A stretch of 63,142 nt of DNA, filler included, from Chiloscyllium plagiosum (lineage: Eukaryota), in assembly GCF_004010195.1 (NCBI RefSeq). It is 5 parts of one record of this genome, joined end to end, with 100 filler letters (N's around TTAATTAATTAA, not from the genome) between each part and the next. Parts side by side here need not be neighbours in the genome. Positions count along the whole stretch, not along the records: positions 1 to 4,143 come from NC_057717.1; positions 4,244 to 25,592 come from NC_057717.1; 3 more parts are not named here. The stretch is one strand, 5' to 3'. Below, piece after piece: positions 1 through 12,849 of the stretch. The notes below the pieces were generated by a model that was not told where the DNA came from, made no database searches, and worked only from the letters and a program-made list of their open reading frames with translations. Every line of letters begins with the position of its first letter. Position 1 is the stretch's first letter. The position numbers were made by a program, and so were the translations under genes.

Positions 1-1215
1 TTCTTGCCAACTCCTTGTATCCCTCCACACCTCTCTGGGTTAGGGAATTCCAGACATTCACTACCTTCTGAGAGAAAACATCACTTTGCATCTCAGATAG
101 AAATCGATGTTCCATATTCGGTATCTATGTCATCGAGTTCGAGACTCCACTCAGGAATGGTAACAACTTCTCAACATCTACCTTCTCCAGTCCCTTCTGT
201 GTCTTGTATTTTTCAGCAGTATCACTCCTCATTCATTTAAAATCCAATGAATAATCGCCTCCCCATTTTACAGATTCTCAATAACACAACCCTTTCATCC
301 CTGGAAGCCAGCTAATGAACCAACCGAGTTACTTGTTGCATCAGCATGCTGACTTTATGCTTCATACATAGGAACACTCCAATCCCTTTGTACTGTTCTT
401 TTTCTGGAAGTCCTCTCCATTAAATAACAGCCTGCTTTTTGATTCTCGGTGTCATCCTCGAACTCGGATGTATACTCGGTTCCCTCCTTCAGACTATCAG
501 TATAGCGTGTAAATAACTGATGTCATCGGACTGATAGCTGTGGTTCTCCAGCTATCAGTCCGATATACCTTTATCATGAAGATCCATTATTCCTGACTCT
601 CCAATTTCTATATGTTAAGCAATCATCATCCCATGTTAATACATTCTCCATCACCCTACGAGCTTCCATCTTGTGTAAGAACTTTATTTTGTAATACCTT
701 GTGGAAAAACTGTGGAAAGCCTGGTGTCGACCAGATCCCCTTTCTCAAGTCCGCTTGTTAATTTTCAGGCATCTCCATAATACTTGCATGATTTTACAGG
801 GCAAAATATATTTTCCCTTTCACAAAACCACTCTGAACCTGCGTGAAGCTTTTCTAAATGTCCATGTGAGCCAGGTTTTCCAAATTAAGCTAGTCCCATC
901 TGCTTTCATTTGGCTCATATGCCTTTAAATGTTTCCCATCCATATGTTTGTCCAAATGTGTTTTAAATGTTTTAGCTGTACATGCATCTACCACTCTTCC
1001 TCTGGCAGCTCATTCCATACCCATGCTACCCTCTGTGTAAAAACACTGCCCCTGCGTCCCTTGTATATTTTCCCTCTTTCACCTTAAACCTATGCCTTCT
1101 ACGGCTGAACTCCCCCATCCTGTGGAAAAGACCTTGGCTTTCACCCTATCCCTACCTCTCATGATTTTAGAAACTTCCATAATGTCATCCCTCAACCTTC
1201 TGCACTCCATCCAAT
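1..1215 (-). mobile_element. Highly decayed CR1 LINE 3' fragments
   Basis: Contains reverse-complement CR1 3'-end phrases (gaattccagacattcactaccttctgagagaaaa; ggcagctcattccatac...accctctgtgtaaaaa) resembling the CR1 3' ends at 22.9-23.3 kb and 17.7-17.9 kb. No intact ORF. Confidence 0.55.
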
Positions 1216-1272
1216 ACAAACTTCAAGAACAAGCATTTAAAGATAAATACTGCAAATTTGAAATTATAGTAA

Positions 1273-1414
1273 ATTAGATTAGATTAGATTACATTACATT
1301 ACATCGTGGAAACAGGCCCTTCGGCCCTACAATGCCCCTACCCATGCCCCTACATTTACCTCTTACCTAACACTAGAGGCAATTTAGCATGGCCAATTCA
1401 CCTGACCTAAACAT
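1273..1414 (-). mobile_element. HE1-type SINE, 3' fragment with (TTAGA)n/(TTACA)n tail
   Basis: Reverse complement matches the 3' half of the full SINE at 50618-50943 (ggtcaggtgaattggccatgctaaattgcc...ggccgaagggcctgtttcc...aatctaatctaa). It is 5'-truncated and has an internal deletion. Confidence 0.85.
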
Positions 1415-1834
1415 GACAGGTAAACAATACTCGGCCCAAAATTCATACTGTGATTTGTTCTTTCTCCCTATTACTATACTAAGGCAGCATGAAACGCTTA
1501 CTAGTGCCAATAAGACGTCAAGCACTTGATATCCTTTGTCTCAAGGGGACGATGATCTCGACAGTGAAAACGTATTTATGCCCAGATCTTTATAATGCCA
1601 CATAGTGAACATTCTCCCTCCTGGTCTCCCTATGAGCTTGTGTGATTGTGTTTTCTTTATCTTGCACTCAATAAAGAGAACTCCTTTCTCCATTCACGCC
1701 TTAATTTAAACCCATTTTATATCATCTTCTCATTCACCACTGCTAAAAACCGGGTTATCTTTGCCACCCCTTCTTTCCCCTGTCACCGATCTCCCACCTC
1801 TGCAAAGCTATTACAAATCCAAGTTTCCAATCCT

Positions 1835-2100
1835 TTTCAGTTGTGAAGAAGTGTCACATAGGGCTTGAAATGCGAACGCTGTTTCTCTGTCTCTGCAGAT
1901 GCTGACAGACCTGCTGAATTTCTCCAGAAATGAATAGACACGGAACAAATTTTCACAAAACAAATAACTGTGGATACTGGGAATAAAAATACTAAAATTG
2001 CTTGAGAAACTGGGAGCTTTGTCGAAGATCACTGTACCTGAAAGATAAACACTGCATTCATTCCAGAAGATGTTTCAATTTCTTCAGCATTTTCTGTTTT
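1835..2100. mobile_element. Old Penelope-derived short repeats (decayed hammerhead/pLTR type)
   Basis: Motif tgaagaagtgtca...ttgaaatgcgaac...gatgctgacagacctgctgaatttctccag. Similar decayed copies occur at 61.1-62.2 kb. Confidence 0.5.
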
Positions 2101-2286
2101 TGGACAATTTCCAAAGAAGTATGTCAAAGATGCTCAAACATCCTGTCCAACATGGAGCGTCGTACACTGCGAAATGAACAAGAACGCATGGTGGACAAGT
2201 TCCTTGACTCTGAAACTACACAAGTCTGGCATCACTGACATTACAGAACTCTTAATCATGGTCAGGGAGAAAAACAGAGGGAAACA

Positions 2287-3463
2287 AAGTTTGTGCGAAG
2301 ATTTGTAGCTCGGGTGCTCGTTGTTGTGGTTCTGTTCGCCGAGCTGGAAGTTTTTGTTGCAAACGTTTCGTCCCCTGGCTAGGCGACATCATCAGTGCTT
2401 TGGAGCCCACTGCGAAGCGCTTCTTTGATGTTTTCTCCGGTGTTTCTCGTGGTCTGACCCTGCCGCTTCCGGTTGTCAGTTTCAGCTGTCCGCTGTAGTG
2501 GTTGGTATATTGGGTCCAGGTCGATGTGTTTGTTGATGGAGTTTGTGGATGAATGCCATGCCTCTAGGTGTCGGATTCCTGTGAGTGTGGCGTTGATGAT
2601 CCGGTGCGTTTTTTTCTATTTCCGTGTTTTTAATGATTACAAACGTGTCATCGACATATCTGATCCAGAGTTTGGGTTGAATTTGTGGTAAGACTGTTTG
2701 TTCTAATCTTTGCATACCTGCCTCTGCTATGAGTCCCGAGATTGGTGATCCCATGGGTGTTCCGTTGATTTGTTCGTATATCTGGTTGTTGAATGTGAAG
2801 GTGTGTTGTGAGGCACAAGTCCAGTAGTTTAAGTATGCCGTCTTTGTTGATAGGTTCAGCGTCCTGTTTTCTGTTCTGTATGTCCAGTAGGTTGGCTATT
2901 GTTTCTCTGACTAGGGTTTGGCAATCGAAGTGAACAGTGCCGTCACGTCGAATGATATCATGGTTTCTTCTTTGTCTATGTGTATATTTCTGATGATGTC
3001 CAAGAATTCCTATGTTGATTGTATAGAGTGTTTGCATCCGCTGACCAGGTGTTTCAGTTTCTGTTGTAGTTCTTTGGCCAGTTTGTATGATGGTGTCCGT
3101 GGTAGTGATACTATGGGTCTGAGTGGGATGTCTGGTTTGTGTACTTTAGGTAATCCATAGAATCTGGGGGTGTTGTTGCTTTCCGGTTTCATTCTTTGTA
3201 GGTCAGCTCTGGTTATCTGTCCTAGAGGCATGGCATTCATCCACAAACTCCATCAACAAACACATCGACCTGGACCCAATATACCAACCACTACAGCGGA
3301 CAGCTGAAACTGACAACCGGAAGCGGCAGGGTCAGACCACTATAAACACCGGAGGAAACATCAAAGAAGCGCTTCGCAGGTGGCTCCCAAGCACTGATGA
3401 TGTCGCCTAGCCAGGGGACGAAACGTTTGCAACAAAAACTTCCAGCTCGGCGAACAGAACCAC
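2287..3463 (-). mobile_element. Penelope-like retroelement, internally deleted, with inverted pseudo-LTRs
   Basis: Minus-strand ORFs carry Penelope RT motifs (PRFYGLPKVHKPDIPLRPIVS; MGSPISGLIAE; WIRYVDDTFVII). Inverted repeats of ~247 bp lie at 2322-2568 and 3221-3467. A 14-bp direct repeat AACAGAGGGAAACA flanks it at 2273-2286 and 3464-3477. Confidence 0.9.
3391..3430 (+). ncRNA. Minimal type-I hammerhead ribozyme motif in the Penelope pLTR (second copy on - strand at ~2359-2398)
   Basis: Reads GCA-CTGATGA-T-GTCGCCT(agcc)AGGGGAC-GAAA-CG-TT-TGC: CUGANGA and GAAA cores, 7-bp stem II with one mismatch, palindromic ACGT stem III, and GCA/TGC stem I. Confidence 0.75.
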
Positions 3464-4787
3464 AACAGAGGGAAACACATTCACTTCAAATACAGAAGTT
3501 GACATTGTGGGAGAGAAACGATTTAGATCATTACTTTAAATGGATTGAGTTAAAATAACAAATTAGAGGCGTGACACCAGGGAGAGGCTCTCAGCAGAAT
3601 GAGAATATGAAAATGCAAGTGTTACCCCATCAGAAACCAGGTTAGGTAGAGAATACAGGGTGAATGGGTCTCGGTGTAAACTGGGGGACAGTCAGTAGAA
3701 TTGAATTGTAGATATTGCAACTCAAACTGGATTATCATTTGATGCTCTAGCAACAGCAGAAACAGAACTGTATTCAACGACAATCTGGAACATTTTCCCG
3801 GCGATAATTCATCAGTCTACCATTGCCATCAAGCCGATCCATGGTTCAGTGATGAGTGTGGGAGAACATGCCAGGGTCGGAATCACGTTGACCTAAACCT
3901 GTTGACAACCCATTAAAGCTACCACACTTTACTGGTTAAATTGCAATCAGCAGAACTAATGTCTGATGGAGAGGGGAAATGATCCCAAGACTAACAGATC
4001 AAATCTAAGCTCTGTCGTCCTGCCAAATCCAAATAATAATGTCGATGGACTATTAAACAATTTACTGGAGGAGAGGACTCCACAAATATGCTCATCCTAA
4101 ATATCGGAACAGCTCTGTACGTCAGTGAAAAAAAGTCAAGGATNNNNNNNNNNNNNNNNNNNNNNNNNNNNNNNNNNNNNNNNNNNNTTAATTAATTAAN
4201 NNNNNNNNNNNNNNNNNNNNNNNNNNNNNNNNNNNNNNNNNNNGAAAGTTTTTTTAAAAAGTTCTTAATTCATGTTGCTGATCTTGGCTGAATAAAGGTA
4301 TGTTGCTGTCAGCATTTCGGGGGAACATGTCTGCATTTTTTTTATGTCAGGTTACAATGATATTAAGTCAAGAATAGTCAAAATGTCCTGAGAAACAACG
4401 TTTAGAAATTGGCCTATTAGCTCCTCAGGGCTGTACCAACTGTTTGAGTATTGATACAGTCCTGCCCCTACTTTTTCCCCATAAGCCAGGATTTACAGCA
4501 TTGGAGATCATATCTATGTTGATAATGGATTAGACCCTACACAATGTTCCAGAATGTTTACAGTGCTATCACCTGCATGGTTATGGACAACATGCTATAA
4601 ATGGGGTGTTGGCTGGAAGGCTCTGTCTTCATGTGATACAGGTGCGATGGGCGAAGTGATCTCTCTCTGTCGTGAAACGTTCTACTACTCTAAATTCATC
4701 TTTCCTATTTTGTCTCGTTCACAGGCTCCAAGCCTTCGGTTCAATGATATCAATAAACTCCACCTGATTCTCCGGTTAGTATATGGA

Positions 4788-4821
4788 AATTAATGGTCTA
4801 ATTAATGGTCTAATTAATGGT
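4788..4821. repeat. 12-bp tandem repeat (AATTAATGGTCT) x~3
   Basis: Directly visible: aattaatggtctaattaatggtctaattaatggt. Confidence 0.85.
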
Positions 4822-5819
4822 GCCAGACGATGCCCGGGACAGCATCACTTTATTCAACTAAAGTCAGCAATATACATTAACAATGTGAAAGGCACAAACT
4901 GTACTTTTACCCAGATCAGCAAGTTTCATCTGCAGTCAGACACAAAATTCAGGCCATTGCACAGAAGATACACGAGCCCTCACAACATTGGAAATGATTT
5001 TGTTTGATAAAACAGTCCATCATAAACTTGCTTAGAGCAACTCGTGAATATTGCTTGATTTCTTTTCGTGTGGGGTAACACATGAAATGTTACTGTATTC
5101 CGATTGATGTGAACCATTTACACTTCAAGTTATTTGAAAACGTCCTTCACAAAAGGTATGTGAGTAAATTTTAGAAATCATTGATCAAAGGGACAATTTT
5201 TTTTTGGATTCAAGGAAGATCCATAGTGATATTTTGTAAATGTTTGGAGCTGTGATTGCTTTAAAGTTTTAACTAAGACATTGGCATACAGTGCACAACT
5301 TCACAATTTGCTATAACATGACACTCGCAACCACTGTGAACCTGGAAGGCGATGGTTCAGAATTTAACAAGGACCCAGCAAGGTTCGTGGAATGGACCGA
5401 CGAATGATTCATGAAATTTAACAAAGGCATTTCTGAAATGATTAATTTAGCTAGGAAGAATGTGGAGACACAAATTCACATCTCTGTTTGCATTTCAATA
5501 TCCTTTAAATTACTTTTCTATTATATCCTAAAATACTTGTGTCTTTGTTCATATTTAATACACTCTATCTTGTTCCGGTGTTAAGATAGTTCTTTTTTTA
5601 TTTCACTCAAGACTGTATGCTGTATTTTTGCCTCAGTATTGACCAAATTCGGTTTGGAGCCAGCTTATATCACTTGAGCTGCTTTTTCAGGAAGTGAATC
5701 TCTCAACCTGTTATGTCAAAATAATCTGTTCTTGCTTAGATCAAAATAAATCCTGTTAATATCATCCCAAATTCAGGCTCGTTTATTTTGTATTTATTCA
5801 TTGGAAATGAACAGAATGT

Positions 5820-6965
5820 GACCGGCCTGTTCTTGGTGGAGTGGGAGAGGGAGTTAAAGTGTTCAGCCATGGGGCCATGGGGTTGGTTGGCTCGGGTGTC
5901 CCAGAGATGTTCTCTGAAATGATCCACAAGTTAGTGTCCTGTCTCCCTGATGTAGAGGAGACACATCAGGTGGAACAGACACAGTGGATGACATTTGTGG
6001 AAGTATAGATACATTTCTCTGGGATGTGGTAGGATCATTTGGGGCCTTGTCGGAAGTGAGGGGGGAGGTGTGGGCGCAGGTTCTGCACTTCCTGTGGTGG
6101 CAAGGGAAGGTGACAGGGGTGGGGAGTGGGTTGGTGGAGGGGCATGGACCTCGCGAGGGAGCCGCGGAGAGAATGGTGTCTCCGGAATGCAGATAGGGGT
6201 AGGGAGGGAAATATACCCCGAGTGATAGGGTCTGTTTACAGGTGGTGGAAGCAGGGGAGGATGATATGATGTATGCAAGGTTGGTGCGTTGGAAGATGAG
6301 GAACAGGAGGGCTCCCTGTTGCGATTGGAGGGATGGGGTTCAAGGGCATCGTCGACCACATGGGACGGGAAATTGCAGTCTTTGAAAAAGGAGGTTATCT
6401 GGGATGTTTTATGGTTGAACTGGTCCTCCTGGGAGCAGGTGCGATGGAGGCAGAGGAATTGACAATAAGGGATGGCACTTTTACAGGAGGTCGGGTGGGA
6501 GGAGGGTCGTCCAGATAGCTGTGGGAGTCAGTGGGCTTGTCGTAAATGTTTAGTCGGTCACTGGAGATAGAGGTGGAGAGGTCTAGGAAAGGGAGGGAGG
6601 TGTCCGAGATGGTCCCTGTGAAGTTTAGGTCAGGGTGGAAGGTCTTATTAAAGTTGATGAACTGTTCAACCTCCTAGTGGTAGCATGAGGTGGCGTTGAT
6701 ACAGTCATCAATGTAGCGGTGGTAAAGGTGGGCAATGATACCGGTGTAGCTGTGGAAGATTGACTGCTCCACATATCTGACGAAGAGGCATGCATAGTTG
6801 GGGTCCATGCAGGTGTCCATGGCTACCCATTTGGTTTGGAGGAGGTGGGAGGATTGAAAGGAAATGTAATTGAGGTTGAGCATGTACTGCTTGGGTTGGC
6901 GTGACAGGAAGAAACAGAGGGCTTCGAGGCCTACATCATGGCGTTTGGATGTGTCCAGGGCTTGG
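5820..6965 (-). mobile_element. Penelope-like element fragment (RT C-terminal part plus GIY-YIG endonuclease remnant)
   Basis: Minus-strand translations include TKWVAMDTCMDPNYACLFV...RYIDDC (Penelope RT, GVAMGT/YIDD type) and ...LYIRETG...DHFREHL...MAEHFNS (GIY-YIG). Frameshifted. Confidence 0.85.
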
Positions 6966-9054
6966 ACATTCTGTTCTCTCTGGCGCTTATCAATAGCTTG
7001 CAGTTATTATGGAAATGCAAGTGCAATGGCTGGGAACTCGGAGAAACCAATGTTTAAGTCTTCTGCTTGAAACACATTTTGACCAGAACATTTAAACACC
7101 ACAAAGCTCACTGTAGGAAAAGCTAGGGCTGCAACTTTTAATAATATTTGAAACTTTGTTAAAAATAGGGATTTTTAGTCATAGTTTCTGAAATAATCAA
7201 GGAAATAATTAACCGTTAGAACAAGTTCTTTCAAAGAGAGAGGATTTGCAAAGTTTGAAACTATACGGTGCTGTAGTTTATTTGAATTCAATATTGGTCA
7301 GAGTTAGATACAGCCAAGGTGATCTCTCCATATATTGATTCTGTTAATCGGACACACCAACATACCTGTCTGTACAAAACTGTATTATTTGTTTAGTTGA
7401 TCAAAATTTAGGAAACAGATCAAATAGAATGTATTCGGCTGGGAAGGTGATGGATACAGAAGACAGAATCAAAAACTGGGAACATTAAATCTGAAGAGAG
7501 AGTAACAAGTAGTACAAGATCAAAGACATGAAAAGGTACATGTCGATGTGCTCCAGACGTTAGTGAATCGAATAAGCTTGTTAGATGGTCGAGAGACTCG
7601 TCCAATGATGTCCTGGAATCGGACTGCGAAACAGAGATCGAAAGGTCGATTTGTAAATGTCACTTCAATTTAATCACTTCATATTCTGTGTCCTGATATA
7701 GGCCACATTGGCAGATGTTTCCGCAAGATTACATCCCCTGGGTTTATTTTCTGATCAGAAGTGAGATGTGTGGCTTGCTGCTGGCACATAGAAACAGGAA
7801 GTTGCGCGCCAGCTGAGTATGATACACCAGGCGCTACTGTCCGTATTATCAGGACAAACAGTCATCCGACCTCTGAGGGTGAATACACACTGACAGTGTC
7901 AAGAACAAACGGACAGATTGTTGTTGGTCTCAACATTGTATTCAATTCCATTCCCATTTTCCAGAATGAAACAGAAGAGACACAAGATTATTTCAGATAG
8001 AGTAAATTATCTGTCAGCGAGATAAGAGTTATCATCGGGTGAAAGGAGCTAAATGACAATGTATAGTTTCACTCATAACCATATGTTTAAAAGTAGAAAG
8101 CTTGGGGGAAGTTAATAAGTAAATCGAAGAGACAGCATTCATCAAAAGTTGGAATTGTAAGATTTAAGCAATGAAATTCAGCATGGCTTTGGTGGAAGTG
8201 ATATCATATCGGAAGTGGTTGATTCTGTTTTCCGGAGAGGAAATGAGATGTGACATTGGGGGTAAAAAGTGGATGTAATGCTTCTTGACTTCAATCAGGT
8301 TTTTGACCAGATCTTGCATCTTTAATATGGTAAGGGTTCATGGGATCTGGTGCAGTTTGGCAAATGCATCGAATGTTTATTTGTTGGCAGAAGGTAATGC
8401 TCGAAGGTAGTCATTGTGAAGACATCTTGTGTCCAGTGGCTTATTATATGACTTGGCGCTGGATCCTTTGCTGTTTGCAGCGTATATGAACGATCGAGTC
8501 AAGAATGTAGCAATTTTGATCAGTAAGTTCAAAGATGAGGTGAAAAACGTTTGGTTTTGCAATTAGTGAGGAGGAAAGCCAGTGTGACATCGATGACATT
8601 GCCTGTCGGAGAGAAGAATTGAAAACAGAACATTATATCCTTAAGTCTGTGAAGTAAAGTATTTTTGAGACTAACAATTTAAGCGAATATACGATGCATT
8701 GTTGAAATCTACACAATACAAAGGATAAGCAATCTTCTGTTGAGAATATCCACATCATGGGGTGGGGGTTGGAGTTATAGTCTGGAGATATTGTGGCGAA
8801 ACCATTCATTCAGGAAACAGGGGTCTGAGACCACAGTGCTGCCACATCAAGTCGTGAATTAAAGTTGATAATTAAACAATTCATTGAAGAAATAAGCTCC
8901 ACAGATATTCCCTTGCTCTGCTTTGGAGAGCACAAAACATCAGAGCAAAAGTTAAGGCTGAAGCATTCACAGCAATCTTCAGCCAGAAGTGCCAATTGTC
9001 TGATCCATCTCGGGATCTTCCATAGATCACCAATATCACAGATACCTGCCAGCA

Positions 9055-10560
9055 GGGAATTCGCTTCTCTCCATGTGAAATCAAGACACTGTTGGCGGGG
9101 GAGGGGGGGTGGCAGGGGTTACTGCAAATGCTATGGAGCCTGACAAAATTCTGGCAATAATACTGACGACTTGTGCTAGCCAAGCAATTCCGATACACTA
9201 AAACACTGGCATGGACAATGTGGAAAATAGGCCAGGCACGTCCTGTGCACAGAAAATAGGTCAAACCACCCCCTGGCGAATTACTGTCCCATCAGTCCAT
9301 GCTCAATCATGAGTTAGATGTAGGAAGGTGCTATCAAGCAGCACTAGCTCAGCAATAACCTGTGTAAATGTGGGTTACGCAAGGCCTACTAAGCTCATGT
9401 CTGAATTACAGACTTGATTTAAACATAGACAAAGAACTGAATTCCAGAAATGAGGGGAGAGTGACAGCCCTTGACATTAAGGTCACATTCGACAGAGTGA
9501 GATACTATGGAGTCGTAGTAAAACTGGATTTAATGGGTAACAGGTGAAAACCTCCCTGTTGCGTGCAGTCATACCTCACACATTGGAAGATGGGTCTGCT
9601 TGTCAGAGGGCAGTCGCCTCAGCCAAAGCAAATCTCTGTTGGAGTTCTGAAAGAAAGTGTCCTTGGCCCAATCATGTTCAGCTGCTTCAGCAATGACCTT
9701 CCCTCCATCAGAAGGTCAGAAGTGAAATCTGCATTAATCTACCACTTTTTTGTGACTCCTCAGTCCACATTCAAACGCAACAAAATCTGGACAATATCCA
9801 GACTTGAGCTGACAATTGGCACATAGCATTCACACGACAAAACTGCGAGACAATGACCATTGACAATAAGAGACAATCTAACCAAAACCCCTTGACATTC
9901 AATAGTGTTACCATCACTGAATCCCTCACCATCGACACCCTGGGTTTTATTGTTCATTAGCAATTGAGCTTGACACTCCACAGAAATACAATGGTTGTAC
10001 GAGCAGGCCAGAGGCTAGGAATACGACAGCGAGTAACTCACCCTCCTCACTCGCAAAGCCAATTGACTGTCGAAGAGACAGAGGTCAGGAGGCTAATAGC
10101 ACAGCTCACCCCTTGAATGGATAGGAGCAGCTTCAACTGCACTCAAGAAGCTTGGCATTGTCCAGGACAAAGCATCCCACTTGATCAGTAGCACATCCAC
10201 AAGCGTCCACTGCCTCCAAATCTGATTCTTAGTACCTGCCATATGCACTATCTAAAATACTACACTGCAGTAACTTAGCCACTTTTGAGACAGTACCTTC
10301 CCACTACCAATTGCATCTCGAAGGACAGGAGCAGCAGATACATGGGAACAGCACCACTGTAAGCTCCTCTCTAAAACACTCGGCATCCTGACGTGGAAAT
10401 ATTCACCGATCCTTTACTGTAATTGGGTCAAAATCTGGAATTCCCTTCCTCAGGCCAAATTGGAACATGTTATTTCAGAAAGGCAGCTTACTGCCATCTA
10501 CTGAAGGACATCTACGGACAACTAAAAGCAAGCACCATGTTCCATGAGTCAATAAAAAAA
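9055..10560 (+). mobile_element. Decayed non-LTR LINE (CR1/L2 group), RT plus 3' end with poly-A
   Basis: RT remnants (GVLKESVLGPIMFSCFSNDLPS). Same family as 52858-54390 and 28494-29440. Ends in aataaaaaaa. Confidence 0.8.
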
Positions 10561-10875
10561 TCGTTGAAGCCAACATGATAGTTTGATAAAGTGGTTGAGG
10601 AGGCATTATGAGTATGTAATAAGCAATCAAAAGGTTTGGAGTAAAGTTTCAGAATCAGTCCCTACCATGGCAGCTTCAATTAATAAAAGAATATGAAATG
10701 AAAATGCTGGAATAATGAACGATAATGGCAGACCTAGAAAAGGTTTGAAGCATGTTACATGTTACAGTATTGGCCTTCAGAGGAGAACGTCTGACCTTCC
10801 TACCTGGCCTGCCCTACCCCTTCAAAAATAAGGTGATGGTCCTTTCCTGTGCTGAACCTAACTAAGAAACCCATC

Positions 10876-11080
10876 AGGACTGCAGGTGCTGGAGATCAGA
10901 GTTGAGAGTGTAGTGCTTGAAAAGCACAGCAGGTCAGGCAGCATCCAAGGAGCAGGAAAATCAACGTTCCAGGCATAACCCCTTCATCATATATCCTAAT
11001 GAAGGCCTCATGCCCGAAATGTCGATTCTCCTGCTCCTCGGACGCTGCCTGACCTGCTGTACTTTTCCAGCACTACAGTC
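10876..11080. mobile_element. Penelope-derived fold-back element with inverted hammerhead-containing arms
   Basis: Inverted arms gaaaagcacagcaggtcaggcagcatcc... and ...gacgctgcctgacctgctgtacttttccagc. The centre holds ccttcatca and cctaatgaaggcctcatgcccgaaatgtcg. Confidence 0.75.
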
Positions 11081-11949
11081 TCGACGGAAATGCCAATTGG
11101 TTGTCATAAAGCTTCTTAAGAAAGATCAACCATAATTAGCCGAGCAAGATGGCAGGCCTTCAAAAAGGTAGCTGATGACCACCTTCTTGGGATATGTGAC
11201 TAACGTTTTCATAAGTCAGTGAAGAATTCAAAAAAATGCAAATTACGGTGAGTCAGGCTCTTCAGACAGAGTCCGGTACACATTTAAAATTGATGATTGG
11301 ATGCAAAGTTTCCTGTGATGTTGCTGTAAACAGCAAGAGAGTTCTTGCCAGTATTGCACTCCAATATTTGTTCATGATGTAAAGTGTCAGATTTATTGCA
11401 TTTCTGTTTGTGACCGGTTTCTGTGCATTCCCAATATTAGGATCACAGTGGTGATATCATGACACCAGTATTCCCAAACTCCAGTTTGATCCTGAATAGA
11501 CTGGATTTGGAATGCCATCGTTTGCCCAGGGTGAAATTTGAATTCTAAGAAAGCCTGGAATCGGAAAGAAAGCCAAATGGTGACCATGTAACCCGAGTCA
11601 ATGGAAAAAATACAAAAACAGCTGGTTCACGAATGACAAGGCATCTGTCACCTTTCCATGGTCTGGCCGACATGAGATTCCAGACCCACTGGAAAGTAAT
11701 TGACTATGTTCTGAAGTGGCTTTAGCAAGCTATTCAATGGGCAATTTGGGATAGGGACTTATTGCTGACCCTTGCCAGAAAGTAATACATGTAACAAAAC
11801 CTCACCACAGCGATATCAATTAAATGTAATTGTTGTGCAGTTCCTGATGTCATTTTAAGTATTTCACGTGAATATTCTAAAATGCGCATTGAGTGATGTT
11901 GCACCGTCTAAACGGACTACAATATAAATTAGTGAGACATTCAGAGTAG

Positions 11950-12137
11950 GAGAAAGTAAGGACTGCAGATGCTGGAGATCAGAGCTGAAAATGTGTTGCT
12001 GGAAAAGCGCAGCAGGTCAGGCAGCATCCAAGGAACAGGAGAATCGACGTTTCGGGCTTATGCCCGAAATGTCGATTTTCCTGTTCCTTGGATGCTGCCT
12101 GACCTGCTGTGCTTTTCCAGCAACACATTTCAGCAGC
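11950..12137. mobile_element. Penelope-derived fold-back element (~140-nt hairpin) with 14-bp target-site duplication
   Basis: Near-perfect inverted repeat 11989-12130 with a TTAT loop. Flanking direct repeat GACATTCAGAGTAG at 11936-11949 and 12138-12151. Confidence 0.85.
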
Positions 12138-12849
12138 GACATTCAGAGTAGATCCAGTTCAACATTGAAGTTTAATTGCAGAATTTTCAGCACTGAATTT
12201 TTAACCTAAATAAAAGTTTTAAATTGTGTTTATCATCCAGAAATCTGTTGCAATTCGTCTTCATAAATTTGTATTCATTTCGGAAAATGGCTAACATTCT
12301 TAAAATAAACTGGTTTCGATTTAAATCTTACCAACAAATCACTTCTTTCATCTGGCTTTGCTGTCACCATCACTTCCTTGAAACCAATTAAGCATTTATG
12401 TAAATAAACACAGAAATAGAATTCTCTGAATAAATTACAGAACAACAAAAACCCCAATTTATATTTCCCCACAAGCACAGCACACGAATTGTGGAAAAAA
12501 TACAAATAACTCAATGGATTACACTACTAATTGATGTTAGGACTTTTTAATACATAAGTTGTATGATTGTTGAATGACAAAGGTATCAATTGTCATGCTT
12601 AGTAAAAGAAAACTATAATTAAGAGATACATTGGCACAGCTAATATTTCTGTCTGTCTTTTTCTCTCTTCCCTTCCTGCCTCCCCCCATTTTTCTTTATA
12701 TCTAATGCCTTGTTTTGCCTCTCCACAATCGGACAACGTTTTCCTTAATAACATGAAGCCAACACCTCACCAACTTATGCTCTCAGCCAAATTCATCCAT
12801 TTCTTTCGAGAGATTTGAGTCAGGACAGCCAGAATTTCTCAAAAATCTG

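Noticed and set aside
4144..4243. TTAATTAATTAA embedded in N runs (also 25593-25692, 32390-32489, 52758-52857)
   Set aside because: Identical 44N+12+44N layout with stops in all six frames indicates an artificial scaffolding spacer, not biological sequence.
7761..8000. Immunoglobulin/TCR V segment
   Set aside because: No canonical Cys-Trp-YYC spacing and no convincing heptamer/nonamer RSS nearby.
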